The notes below the pieces were generated by a model. It was not told the DNA's origin, did not search any database, and saw only the letters and a program-made list of their open reading frames with translations. Position numbers and translations under genes: made by a program. From positions 2,048,001 through 2,112,000 of the forward strand of contig CBDCXR010000004.1 in assembly GCA_965223845.1 (NCBI GenBank): a stretch of 64,000 bases of DNA, written 5' to 3'. The DNA is from Planctomycetota bacterium (GTDB taxonomy: Bacteria > Planctomycetota > UBA8108 > SXIK01). Position 1 is the stretch's first letter, and each line of letters begins with the position of its first letter. Positions 19,419 to 28,530 of the stretch are shown here, piece after piece.

Positions 19419-19919
19419 TCACACACGGAGAGATTCGATCGGAACTTTGCTCGGCGGATCACCGGCGAACTGATCGGGGGCGAGCCCGTCCTCGTGGCTC
19501 CAGGACTCGACGAGCTCGAGCGGTGACCAGCGAAAGGTCGGTGAAGAATCTGTAGTGCGACGCTTCTTCTTGGCCCCGTTCGGTGCAGTGCGATCGGAAC
19601 CGTCGAAGCACGACGACGAGAGAATGTACTCGCCCGCGGTCGTCTCGTCGTGATCGGAGACGCTCGGCCGGCAACCGCACCCGCCGCATTTCGGCCCGCA
19701 GCAACAACGAGGCATACTGCAGGCGGAAGTACGAGTCGCCCGATGGTCTGAGGAGGAGAGTGCGAGCACCGCTAGTCCGGCCGGCGCTCCGAGCTCGACT
19801 GCCGCGAAGCAGCTAGCAAGGAAGAGCGCCGACCATCGTGGTCCGGGGGAAGCACGCACCGAGCGGTCGTAGCTGCGAATTGAATCTTGTCCGCCAGCGG
19901 CGGCAGAAAACGATCCCAT
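19419..19919 (-). CDS. Small Cys-rich exported or leader protein (DUF2946/CruR-like architecture)
   Basis: Hydrophobic segment, CSMPRCCCGPKCGGCGC cluster and Pro-rich C-terminus DPPSKVP, directly upstream of the barrel gene. Start uncertain. Confidence 0.6.
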   Translation of the reverse strand: MGSFSAAAGGQDSIRSYDRSVRASPGPRWSALFLASCFAAVELGAPAGLAVLALSSSDHRATRTSACSMPRCCCGPKCGGCGCRPSVSDHDETTAGEYILSSSCFDGSDRTAPNGAKKKRRTTDSSPTFRWSPLELVESWSHEDGLAPDQFAGDPPSKVPIESLRV

Positions 19920-20131
19920 CGGAGGAACTTGCGGTGAAGCGCTGAAATCTGACGATCACTCGCGCCCACTCCGAGCGAGTGAATCCGCAGCGAGTCTGAG
20001 GCGAATCCGCGCTCGATCCACCAAAAAACTGCGCTCACGCGAGTTTGGAGCGCGTCGTTTCCGCACCCGAAGTTCGCGTCCGCCGAACAGTCCGCGTACC
20101 CCACGCCGAAGGACGCAACGCGGCCGCGCGA

Positions 20132-21244
20132 TCACTCCCGCGCGAGCAGTTCCCGGATGCGCGACACCGTCGGTACGCCCGGCTCGATCGCGATGACGCC
20201 GCCGTCTTCGTCCGTGATGAACGTCGCGGGAAGCAGATCCTCCCCAAATGTCTCGTTCACCTCGGCGCGAACCCGATCGCGGACTTCCGGCGCGAGATCG
20301 AGGAGGAGATGGTACGCGGGCCGATGCGTCGCCACGTACTCGCTGAGTTTCGTCCGTGTGTCCTTCTCGTCGACGGGGACCGCGAAGAGTCCGAGCTCAC
20401 TCGGAGCGAAGTGCTCGCGAAGACGCGCGACCTGCGCCTGCTCGCGCCGGCAAGCGGCACACCAGGTCGCCATCGTCGTGTAGAGACGGAGCGGCTCCCG
20501 TCCCGGGGCGGCGCGGGCGAGGCCCGCGAGACGCGGTCGCTCGACGGCGGGCGGCGTGGACGCTTCGGGTGCCGACCGGGGCTCCGAGTAGACGTCGCGC
20601 ACGAACGCCTCGCCGGACGGTGAGTGCGCAGGGTTTTCGTAGACGGTGAGCCGAGTCCCGACCGGCACGTTCCGCGTTTCGCTCTCGCGGCCGCTCGGCC
20701 ACCGAATCCGGATCCGATCGACGGCCCGGCGCGCGCCGACTCCGACGAGCAGCACCGCGCTGTTCTGAGCGGCGAAGCCTTCGCCTCCGCGGAGCTCGCG
20801 GACGAGCGTCACCTCACCGATCTCGACGTCGACGCGCGCGCCGTAGGCATCGCGCGCACTCCACTCGCGGCTCGGCGCCGCGCTTCGATTGCCTCCGCGG
20901 AGCGCGATTGCGACGATCCCCGCGGAAGCCGCCGCGGGAGTGTCGCCGATGCGATTGCGAAACAGCTGAAAGAGAGGTGCGTTCGCGCTGACGAGAGCGA
21001 TGTCCGTCCAGCCGTCGCGATCGAAATCGAGCGTCGCGAACGCGCGGCCGTCGCCCGAGTGGTCGAGACCCGAGATTCCCCCGGCGTCGAGGAACGAAGT
21101 TCCGGCGTCGCTCAAAAAGAGATGGTTTCGTTCGTGACCGCTGTGGGAGGCGCCGCGGTCCTCGTCGGCACCGCGGCGGCCCGACACATCGGCGGCGCGG
21201 CGCATGAGCGGGTCCGTGCGAACCGCACGGCGCCACCAATCGCT
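20132..21244 (-). CDS. C-terminal part (ASPIC/UnbV + TlpA-like thioredoxin domain) of an FG-GAP protein, in frame with 21245-23332 across one TGA
   Basis: SHSGHERNHLF, DFDRDGWTD, ARDAYGARV, GGEGFAAQNS, IRWPSG (ASPIC/UnbV), then ATWCAAC...LP.T. The frame is open from the TGA onward and no RBS is evident before ATG 21205. Confidence 0.85.
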   Translation of the reverse strand, partial: SDWWRRAVRTDPLMRRAADVSGRRGADEDRGASHSGHERNHLFLSDAGTSFLDAGGISGLDHSGDGRAFATLDFDRDGWTDIALVSANAPLFQLFRNRIGDTPAAASAGIVAIALRGGNRSAAPSREWSARDAYGARVDVEIGEVTLVRELRGGEGFAAQNSAVLLVGVGARRAVDRIRIRWPSGRESETRNVPVGTRLTVYENPAHSPSGEAFVRDVYSEPRSAPEASTPPAVERPRLAGLARAAPGREPLRLYTTMATWCAACRREQAQVARLREHFAPSELGLFAVPVDEKDTRTKLSEYVATHRPAYHLLLDLAPEVRDRVRAEVNETFGEDLLPATFITDEDGGVIAIEPGVPTVSRIRELLARE

Positions 21245-21247
21245 TCA
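21206..21247 (-). promoter_or_regulatory. In-frame UGA with candidate bacterial SECIS element
   Basis: mRNA reads UGA-AGCGAUUGGUGGCG-CCGUGCG-GUU-CGCACGG-ACCCGCUC: a perfect 7-bp upper stem, a G-led apical loop about 21 nt after UGA, and lower pairings GGU/ACC and AGCG/CGCU. Confidence 0.65.
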
Positions 21248-23332
21248 CAAGTCGCGCGGAATCTCGACGTCGCGCGGAGCGGTGTAGTACCCCGCGAGGG
21301 CGTAGATATCGAGGTCGGCATCGGCGTCGACGTCGACGAACTGACTTCCCCAGCCCCAACCGGCCCGCTCGACGGTGAGCGCGGGTGGATCGCCCGAAAC
21401 TTTGTCGAAGCGACCGTCCGGCCGGTTTCGAAAGAGCGAATTTCCCCGCATGGTGAGCTGAAATCGGGGATCGATCCCGGCGAGTTGGGGGACGATGCGC
21501 CGGCCCGCCTTCGAGTACATGTTCGTCACGTAGAGATCCAGACGGCCGTCGCGGTCGTAGTCACCCCACGAGACGCCCATCCCGAAACCGGTGTCGGCCG
21601 TGCCGGTCTCCGCGGTGACATCGACGAACGCGCCGCTGCCGTCGTTTCGAAACAAGTTGTTCGGACCGAAATCATTCGCGATGTAGACGTCGGCGTCGCC
21701 ATCCTCGTCGTAGTCGGCCCAGGTACTCTGGTAGCTCTGCCGAAATAGGTGAAGCGGGCTCTCGCGCATCACTTCGAATCGTCCGTCGCCCGCGTTCCTG
21801 AGGAGCACGTTCGGCGGTCCGTAGTCGTTCAGCACGGGCTGCCAGTCGCCTTTTTCGTGAATGAGTCGATAGAGCTGTCGCTCGTCTTCTTCGTCGAGAA
21901 ACGCCGCGAACGCCGCCGAGCCTCCCGCTGCCGATTGGCCGATGAGGGCCGCGTACGTCGAGAGGTAGACGTCGAGGAGACCGTCGCCGTCATAGTCGAC
22001 CGTTGAGATCGACGAAACGAGGTGGGGGAGTCGTCCCGCGACTCGACCGCTCCGCTCGATGAATCTCCCGCCGTCGTTCTCCAGATACTGACTCGGCGCG
22101 AGCGTGCGCCCGATGATCGCGTCGGGATCACCGTCGTTGTCGAAGTCTCCGAAGATCGCGCTCGAGCAATGATCGCGAATCGCGAGGCCGATCGCGGCGG
22201 CACACTCGGTGAAGGTGCCGTCGCCGTCGTTGCGAAAGAACTGATTCGCTCCCCAGCGCGCGAGGACATAGATGTCGTCGTCCCCGTCCGGCTCGACATC
22301 GACGACGGCGAGACCCGGATGGCGGTCCTGAGACTTCACGTAGAAGTGTTCGTGCGGACGCTCGAAGCTCTCGTCGGTGAAGGCGCGGAGGACGAGCTCT
22401 TCGTGGATCGAACGACGTGCGCTCACGAGCGCTTCGGGCTCGAGCGCGGAGTCGAGGACTTCGTCGAAGAGGAGGCGAGGGCTGTCGAGCCGCTCGATGT
22501 CTCGAAGCACCCAGCGGGCGATGGCGAACCCGGGCACCGACTCGTCGTCGGAGTCGCTCGTCTTCGTCCACTCGACACCCACGGTGGCTCGGATCGTACG
22601 CCACCCATCGGCCGAACGAGCGAGTGCGTCGAATGCGAGGTCGGACACGAACCGATTCGGATCGTCGTCCGCGAATCGTCCGCGAACAAACTTGAACTTC
22701 GCGTGACGGAAGTACGCGACGTCATCGAAGAGAGAACGCCAGAGGTCGAGATCTTCACGATCCACCTCCTTCACGACGCCTTCGACGCGTTCGACGAAAC
22801 GCGCTACGAGGGCGCCCGCCTCGAGCGGGGTCCGCGGAGATGCGCGATCCAAGAATTGGACGCGCGGTGCGAAGAGCGATCTCGCTCGTTCGTCGGGGAG
22901 GACGAGGTTGAGGACACTCCGCGAGAGAGAGGCGAGATGCGGGGTCAATCTCAGAATCGTCTCCTCGGATGCCTCCATGCGCTTCCACGCCGCGCGGAGC
23001 TCGCGGTCCGGGTCGATGAGTCGGTGATACCGCAGTCCGCCGTAGATGCCGCACAACACGGCGAGGAGCGCGAAGCCCTCGGCGGCGCGGCGGGCGAGAG
23101 GAGGAAACGGCCGCGTGCGCCGGAGCAAAAGCCACGCCCCGATCGCGGCGAGAATCCCCTGGAACCCGAGGATCACGAGACGAGCCGACGAGGAGCTGAT
23201 CGCTCCGTCGGGCGCAAATCCCGCCCCGAGGTAACGCCGATTGAGGAGGACCGCCGCGACGATCAAAAGGGCGCCCGCTAGCCGGGTCGAGCCCCGGCGC
23301 AGGAGAGCGATCGTCGGTCCGCCTTCTGTCAT
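21245..23332 (-). CDS. FG-GAP/VCBS-repeat (CRTAC1-like) membrane-anchored protein, N-terminal part of a putative selenoprotein
   Basis: Three N-terminal TM segments. Repeats DVEPDGDDD, DFDNDGDPD, DYDGDGLLD, DYDEDGDAD, DYDRDGRLD, DVDADADLD. Also ANDFGPN, GFGMG, NMYSKAG, GWGWG. Ends ...PRDL-TGA. Start 23332 or 23341. Confidence 0.88.
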   Translation of the reverse strand: MTEGGPTIALLRRGSTRLAGALLIVAAVLLNRRYLGAGFAPDGAISSSSARLVILGFQGILAAIGAWLLLRRTRPFPPLARRAAEGFALLAVLCGIYGGLRYHRLIDPDRELRAAWKRMEASEETILRLTPHLASLSRSVLNLVLPDERARSLFAPRVQFLDRASPRTPLEAGALVARFVERVEGVVKEVDREDLDLWRSLFDDVAYFRHAKFKFVRGRFADDDPNRFVSDLAFDALARSADGWRTIRATVGVEWTKTSDSDDESVPGFAIARWVLRDIERLDSPRLLFDEVLDSALEPEALVSARRSIHEELVLRAFTDESFERPHEHFYVKSQDRHPGLAVVDVEPDGDDDIYVLARWGANQFFRNDGDGTFTECAAAIGLAIRDHCSSAIFGDFDNDGDPDAIIGRTLAPSQYLENDGGRFIERSGRVAGRLPHLVSSISTVDYDGDGLLDVYLSTYAALIGQSAAGGSAAFAAFLDEEDERQLYRLIHEKGDWQPVLNDYGPPNVLLRNAGDGRFEVMRESPLHLFRQSYQSTWADYDEDGDADVYIANDFGPNNLFRNDGSGAFVDVTAETGTADTGFGMGVSWGDYDRDGRLDLYVTNMYSKAGRRIVPQLAGIDPRFQLTMRGNSLFRNRPDGRFDKVSGDPPALTVERAGWGWGSQFVDVDADADLDIYALAGYYTAPRDVEIPRDL

Positions 23333-23709
23333 TCGATCCATTCTCTTCCGATGAATCGGCCGGTCTCGTGGGGGGCCACCGGTCCGCCGCGATTTCCGGC
23401 GCGAGAAGCAAAACTCGGGCCCCGATTGTACCGGCGGCGCGGCGCGAAACCGATCGGAGCGACACGGGCAGATCGCAAGAACCGTGCCCGCGGCGCTCCG
23501 CCGTCCGCGACGCGGGCGTAGGTACGCTCCCGGGGCCGATCGGGCGACCCGGGAATTCCGCTCGGAACTGCGTCGCGCACGCCAGGACCAAAAGGCGTAC
23601 AATGGGAAATCCGTGTCCGCGCGCGGGCAGCGTCGCGGCGAGGTGTGGTCGGTGGCCCGAGGGGTAGACCCGAGTGCGAACGACGAGAGAACCATCCGGC
23701 GGAGGCGGT

Positions 23710-26226
23710 GTGTCTACGGCCGGAAGATTCCTAGAGTCTCGAAGAGCGAGCGTCACGCGCCCGAGCCGGATTCGTGCGTCGCTGCGCCTCGCGCATCGCC
23801 GCCGTCGTTGGCTCGCCGCCGCCGCGTGCTCGCTCGCGCTCTCCACGCTGACCGCGCACGACGACAAGGGTGAAGGGACGGCCGAGGAGCCCGGTTACAT
23901 CCCGGATCGCGACGGCTTCCCGCCGAGCCAGTTCGAGTCGCAGGGGATCACCCTCCTTTCGTGGATCTCGGGGACGGAGTTCGCGGAAACGCCTACCGCT
24001 GCGAACGATTGCTGGGGATATGTAGCGCCATCGGGACGCGAGTACGCGCTCATCGGACTCTCGATCGGAGTCGGAGTGGTCGACATCAGCGATCCGGACA
24101 GCGCCCGCCTCGTCGAGGTCGTGCCCGGAATGACGAGCCGCTTCCGCGACATCAAAACCTTCGCGACCTACGCGTATGCCGTAACAGAAGGAACTCACGA
24201 TGAAGAGGGAAACGGCATCCAGGTCATCGATCTGACTCACGTCGACGTGAACGTCGTGACGGAAGTCGCAACCGTCGACGACGACAACAACGGCCGCACG
24301 CACAACATCGCCGTCGACAGCGCGAGCGGCTTCCTCTACCGCTGCGGAGGAGGGGACGGATCGGCCGGGATTCGCGTCTACGATCTGTCCGACCCGGCGT
24401 CCCCTCAGCGAGTCGGCACGTGGAACAACCGCTACGTTCATGACGCGCAGGTCGTCACTCACACTCAAGGCGAGTACGCGGGGCGCGAGCTGGCCTATTG
24501 CTGCTCGAACACCGGATCGGGCGGGGGAGCGGCGGGGCTGCACATCCTCGACGTCACCGACAAGGACGAGATCACCGTCCTCGGGGCGACGACGTATCCC
24601 GGCGGCCGCCTCTCGCACCAGGGCTGGCTCTCGGAAGATCGGCGCTATTTCTTCCTCAACGACGAGCGCGACGAGCGCGACGAGGAGTGGACGACGACGA
24701 CGCACGTGATCGACGTGTCCGATCCGACGCAGCCGCTCGAGGTCGGCACGTTTACGAACGGTAGCGCCGCCACCGATCACAATCTCTACGTGCTCGGCGA
24801 TCGACTGTTCGCCGCGAACTACAAGAGCGGCCTTCGCGTCTTCGACATCGCAACGCCTCTCGCCGCCACCGAAGTGCGGTACTTCGACACTTACCCCGAG
24901 GAGACGGATCCGCAGCTCAACGGTCTCTGGAGTTGCTATCCGTTCTTTCCGAGCGGGGTCGTCATCGGAAGCGACATCAACCGCGGACTCTTCGTCTGGT
25001 GGGCGGACGATCCGCTCCTCGAGTTCGACTACGCCGGTGAGCGGCCGACGCTCGCGTCGAGCGGAGATGTCTTCGCCGTCACCATCACCGCGAGGACCGC
25101 CATCGCGCTCGATCCCGAGTCGGCGGAACTCCACATCGGAACCGGGGACGAATTCGAGTCGTTTCCGCTCGCGGCGCGCGGGGATGATCGATTCGACGTC
25201 ACGCTCGGTGATTACCCCTGCCTCGCGACGCTCGAGTACTACGTGAGCGCGGAGACCGTCAACGGCATCCGCTGGCGGGACCCGCCTACCGAGCCGGCCT
25301 TTCTCACCGTCGCCTGCGGTGACGATTGCGACGCCGACGGCGTGCCCGATGCCGAAGAGATCGCCGAGGGCGCGCCCGACTGCGATGCGGACGGAGTTCC
25401 CGACGGCTGCCAGCTCGAGAGCGGCGGTGCCGATTGCGACGGCAACGGCGTTCTCGATTCCTGCGAGCTCGAGAATGCGAGTGCCGACTGTGACGCGGAC
25501 GGAACCCTCGATTCCTGTCAGATCGCGAGTGGCGAATCCGACTGCGACGCGGACGGCATCCTCGATTCCTGCCAGATCGCGAATGGCGAGCCCGACTGCG
25601 ACGGAGACGGCGTCCTCGACTCCTGCGCCATCGCCGCCGGCGCGGGCGACTGCGACGCCGACGGTGTTCCCGACACCTGCGAAATCGAGAGTGGAGAAGC
25701 GGATTGCGATGCGAACGGGACCCCGGATTCGTGTGAGCTGAGCGGCGACGACTGCGATGGCGACGGGATTCTCGATTCCTGCGCAATCGCCCTGGGAGCG
25801 GGTGACTGCGACGGTGACGGCATTCTCGACACGTGCGAGCTTTCGGCCGGCGCCGAGGATTGCGACGGAAACGACATTCCCGACTCGTGCGAGCTCGCCG
25901 AACGGGATGCCGATGGCGACGGCATCCTCGATGCGTGCGAAGTCGCGTTTCTCCGGGGTGACGCCAACACCGACGCCGGGGTGGATATCTCGGACGCCGT
26001 CTTCGTCCTCCTCTATCTCTTCGCCGACACTCTCGACGACCCCAGTTGTCTCGCGGCTTGTGACGCCGACGAGTCGGGGACGGTGAATATCACGGACGCG
26101 TTCCGCATCCTCGCGAATCTCTTCGGCGTCCCCCCCGATGACCAGATCCTCCGGCCCGGTTGTGTCATCGACACGTCGGAGCCCTCTCTCTCGTGCGCGT
26201 CGTACGATTCGTGCGCCGACGGATAA
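23710..26226 (+). CDS. Choice-of-anchor B family (LVIVD-type propeller) protein with Cys/Asp repeats and C-terminal dockerin-like module
   Basis: ANDCWGYVAPSGREYA, RDIKT, HNIAVD, YVHDAQV, HQGWLSED, DHNLYV, W.CYPFFPSG, 12 DCD.DG..D.C units, FLRGDANTD..VDISDA. GGAGG precedes GTG 23710 (start uncertain). Confidence 0.85.
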   Translation: MSTAGRFLESRRASVTRPSRIRASLRLAHRRRRWLAAAACSLALSTLTAHDDKGEGTAEEPGYIPDRDGFPPSQFESQGITLLSWISGTEFAETPTAANDCWGYVAPSGREYALIGLSIGVGVVDISDPDSARLVEVVPGMTSRFRDIKTFATYAYAVTEGTHDEEGNGIQVIDLTHVDVNVVTEVATVDDDNNGRTHNIAVDSASGFLYRCGGGDGSAGIRVYDLSDPASPQRVGTWNNRYVHDAQVVTHTQGEYAGRELAYCCSNTGSGGGAAGLHILDVTDKDEITVLGATTYPGGRLSHQGWLSEDRRYFFLNDERDERDEEWTTTTHVIDVSDPTQPLEVGTFTNGSAATDHNLYVLGDRLFAANYKSGLRVFDIATPLAATEVRYFDTYPEETDPQLNGLWSCYPFFPSGVVIGSDINRGLFVWWADDPLLEFDYAGERPTLASSGDVFAVTITARTAIALDPESAELHIGTGDEFESFPLAARGDDRFDVTLGDYPCLATLEYYVSAETVNGIRWRDPPTEPAFLTVACGDDCDADGVPDAEEIAEGAPDCDADGVPDGCQLESGGADCDGNGVLDSCELENASADCDADGTLDSCQIASGESDCDADGILDSCQIANGEPDCDGDGVLDSCAIAAGAGDCDADGVPDTCEIESGEADCDANGTPDSCELSGDDCDGDGILDSCAIALGAGDCDGDGILDTCELSAGAEDCDGNDIPDSCELAERDADGDGILDACEVAFLRGDANTDAGVDISDAVFVLLYLFADTLDDPSCLAACDADESGTVNITDAFRILANLFGVPPDDQILRPGCVIDTSEPSLSCASYDSCADG
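25324..25941 (+). repeat. Intragenic tandem repeat: 12 units of about 54 bp encoding DCDxDGxxDxC (thrombospondin-type-3-like Ca-binding)
   Basis: Units such as DCDADGVPDGCQLESGGA and DCDGDGILDSCAIALGAG are read directly in the translation. Confidence 0.85.
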
Positions 26227-28340
26227 TGCGATCGTTGCGCACCGGCGGACATCGGGTTCGGTGCGTCCGCGATCCCGCTCTGCGGCGACGTTTCCTCTGC
26301 GCCGTGTTCGCTCTTTCGACGTGGCTTTCGCTCGCACGGTCCCGAGCGGACGACGAGTTCACTTCGTTCGAGTTTCATCCCTTCGTCTTCGCCGTCGATA
26401 AACCCAACGACGTCGAGCTGCGAGTCCGTACGACGCGCGACAACGTCGACTCGATCGCGTTCGACACCCGTCAAATCGCGGACATCTTTCTACCGAAGAC
26501 GCTCGTTCTCCGGGACGAAGGAGACGGGTCCTTCGTCGGCACTCTCCGGGTCGCGAAAGCGCCCGATCCCGGTACGACTCAGCTTCTTCTCCGCACGGCG
26601 AACTTTCAGCTTCGACTCGAGAACGGTGAAACGGTCACGATCGCGGAAGATGTCGGCGCTTCCGTCGGGCTCCTCGACCAGCGGCGCGACGTAGCAGTCG
26701 ATGCACTCGCGCCGGACGTTTACGCCAGCCGAAACGTCGTCCACATCCGGCGGGATGATCTTCTTTCGGGGGGCTACCCGACCCACGAGATCGACCGCGT
26801 CGAAACCGCCCGAGTCTTCTACGAGTTCTTCCCGGATGTCTTCGATTGGCTCGTGTTCTTCCACGTCGGAAACACCCGCTCCCGGCCGTCGGCATCGGCA
26901 GCAGGGGTGAGGAATTCCGTCGAGGGCATCGGGCGACGCCTCTTCGACCGCTCGGCCGACTTCGGCAGCGACGGGGTCCTTCGCGGGACGATTCAGATCT
27001 ACACAAAGCACACTCGCGGGCTCACCCACGAGATCTTTCACACGTGGGGAGTCTGGGGTTTCGACGTGTTCGGACTCGATTCCGTCGTCGCGGGTGCCGG
27101 CCACTGGGGTCCACTCGCGTCCGGCGAGGCGGGAACGATCTTCGGCGCGCCCCCTACGCTGGGAAGCTTGAGCGCGAACGGCGACGACGTCTTCTGCGGC
27201 CCTTGGATGCGCGAACCATCGCCGTTCGGACTCGAGCTCTACCTCATGGGTCTCGCGCCGGCGAGCGCCGTCGGCACATACGACTTCGTACGCGACGCGG
27301 AGTTCAACTCGTCGGATTGCGACGGCTACTCCTTTCGAGGTTCCGAGCTCGGCACGATCGACGCCGACACCCTGATCGCCGCGTTCGGGCCGCGGGTTCC
27401 CGGCTACCCCGATCAGGACGTGTTTCGCATCGCGCCGATCGTCGTCTCGGGTCGAGCGCTCGAGCCTATCGAATGGGACTACCTCACGCGAACGTTCGCC
27501 GCGCACGAGGCGCAGTTCGCCCGCGACCTCTACGGCCTCGCGCGCCTTCGCTACCTGACGGGAGACGACCGATACGTCCGGGGCGACGCGACGCAGGACG
27601 GCGCCGTAAACGTCTCGGATGCGGTTTCGATCCTCGACTGCCTCTTCGGACGAACGCGGGGCTGCGTCGACTGCCACGGCTCGGCGGACGCGAACGGTGA
27701 CGGGCTCATCGACGTGTCCGACGGACTGTTTCTGCTCTTTTGGCTTTTCTCGGAAGGTGATCCGCCTCCCGCGCCGTTTCCCGGCTGCGGAAGTTCCGCC
27801 GAGAGCCGACTCCGCTGCGCCGCGTTCCGCGCGTGCCCGCAGGATTCGGGCGGCGCATGCGACACGGTCGCGGCGCTTCAGCCGAGTGCCGGAGGCCCGG
27901 ACGAAGTCCTTTCGAACGGCACCGTCACGCAGGTGTTCCGCGCGGAGAGCTCGGGTCGTCTCACCGGCGTCGAGTTCATCGCTGAAAGCCGACGCGAGGT
28001 GGGCGCCCTCCTCGTCGAGGTCCTCGACCTCAGCGAGCATCCACCCGCGAGCGCTCCGGTCCTCGCGGTTCGCTCGATGCCCGCGTTCCTCTTCTTCCGC
28101 TCGAGCACACGCCTCGACGGGAGCTCCGTCACCGCGACGTTCGCCGAGCTCTCCGGCGCCGAGCTCGAGATCGAATCGGGCGACCGATTGGGAATCCGCC
28201 TCCGCACGACCGGTGGGGGCGAGTTCGCCATCGGCACGGCGGACGGGAATCCGTACGCGGACGGGAGCTTCTACCGCCGGTCGGACGAGGTTCCGAACGT
28301 CGATCTGAGCTTCAAAGTTTGCGTCGCGCCAGCGCGGTAG
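26226..28340 (+). CDS. Secreted zinc metallopeptidase-like protein with internal dockerin-like module
   Basis: ATG overlaps the upstream stop (TAATG). HEIFH (HExxH) ...GHWG...LELYLMGL. Internal YVRGDATQDGAVNVSDA...C..SADANGDGLIDVSD, then a C-terminal beta domain. Confidence 0.8.
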   Translation: MRSLRTGGHRVRCVRDPALRRRFLCAVFALSTWLSLARSRADDEFTSFEFHPFVFAVDKPNDVELRVRTTRDNVDSIAFDTRQIADIFLPKTLVLRDEGDGSFVGTLRVAKAPDPGTTQLLLRTANFQLRLENGETVTIAEDVGASVGLLDQRRDVAVDALAPDVYASRNVVHIRRDDLLSGGYPTHEIDRVETARVFYEFFPDVFDWLVFFHVGNTRSRPSASAAGVRNSVEGIGRRLFDRSADFGSDGVLRGTIQIYTKHTRGLTHEIFHTWGVWGFDVFGLDSVVAGAGHWGPLASGEAGTIFGAPPTLGSLSANGDDVFCGPWMREPSPFGLELYLMGLAPASAVGTYDFVRDAEFNSSDCDGYSFRGSELGTIDADTLIAAFGPRVPGYPDQDVFRIAPIVVSGRALEPIEWDYLTRTFAAHEAQFARDLYGLARLRYLTGDDRYVRGDATQDGAVNVSDAVSILDCLFGRTRGCVDCHGSADANGDGLIDVSDGLFLLFWLFSEGDPPPAPFPGCGSSAESRLRCAAFRACPQDSGGACDTVAALQPSAGGPDEVLSNGTVTQVFRAESSGRLTGVEFIAESRREVGALLVEVLDLSEHPPASAPVLAVRSMPAFLFFRSSTRLDGSSVTATFAELSGAELEIESGDRLGIRLRTTGGGEFAIGTADGNPYADGSFYRRSDEVPNVDLSFKVCVAPAR

Positions 28341-28530
28341 CACGATCACGGGTGCGATCCATGCGCTCGCGAAGCCGCAGTCTTTCGCGGCGCGAATGTG
28401 CGAGACGACCGCCGCGCCCCGGGGTTAACATCATTCTTACGGTTGGTTCCCGACGCTAACCGTTCGCGTACGCGCGCGGGCGTTCACCCATCGTCGGAGC
28501 TTTTCTCGAGGAACGATTGGAGGGTCTTAC

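Noticed and set aside
25324-25941. CRISPR array or non-coding tandem repeat
   Set aside because: Units are degenerate at synonymous positions and in frame within a protein. There are no identical repeats with unique spacers and no cas genes.
23731-26337. Long antisense ORFs (e.g. 23731-26337, 26490-28349, 36268-38193, 42918-45782, 46390-48297)
   Set aside because: They are shadows of real genes on the opposite strand, expected at high GC, and show no recognisable motifs.
28420-28460. TTAAC-like 11-bp-spaced direct repeats upstream of dockerin genes (also near 56366)
   Set aside because: The matches are too short and degenerate to support a shared regulator site by eye.
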